64,000 nt of DNA from Marsupella aquatica (Eukaryota > Plantae > Marchantiophyta): the NCBI GenBank assembly GCA_973895155.1, contig OZ316895.1, positions 20,350,803 through 20,414,802 on the forward strand. The letters run 5' to 3'. Each line of letters starts with the position of its first letter. Positions within the stretch are counted from its first letter, which is position 1. Below, one piece after another: positions 63,838 to 64,000 of the stretch. Position numbers and translations under genes: made by a program. Below the pieces are notes generated by a model, which was not told where the DNA came from, did no database searches, and was given only the letters and a program-made list of their open reading frames with translations.

Positions 63838-64000
63838 GAACGTGAGTGCAAAGCAGTTTCTGGAAGGTCCGGCCTCAGCCAGCTTGTCATCCAAATTTAG
63901 TTCAAATTAACCAGTGACAGGAAAATGAAGGTACGTACAGCCCACAGACTTGACAGCCTCAACACTGGCTGTCTTGGAGCTGGGCAGAAGTGATTGTCGT

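Overview
Eukaryotic nuclear DNA from a land plant (GT-AG introns, plant-type TTTAGGG repeats, plant gene families). The repeat-ORF style and a type-D-like LTP suggest a bryophyte such as a liverwort, but that is inference. The first ~28 kb is a nest of decayed transposons beside a MYST acetyltransferase pseudogene: two CACTA/En-Spm elements, a mini-CACTA, a retroelement-like GC-rich repeat in two copies, hAT-type MITEs, a Copia pol and a PIF/Harbinger transposase. The remainder holds four apparently intact host genes: a coiled-coil protein with a MULE-type zinc domain, an nsLTP, a GEM-like GRAM protein and an Smr-less MutS2. The most notable observation is that CACTA DNA here carries chromatin/DNA 'writer' cargo. 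(i) An open SET-domain exon sits between the transposase's first exon and its catalytic exons, so one exon 1 can be spliced in frame to either SET or transposase. (ii) A prokaryote-type beta-class N6A/N4C DNA methyltransferase ORF lies just inside a CACTA right terminus. All calls are from reading the sequence by eye; no database searches were run.
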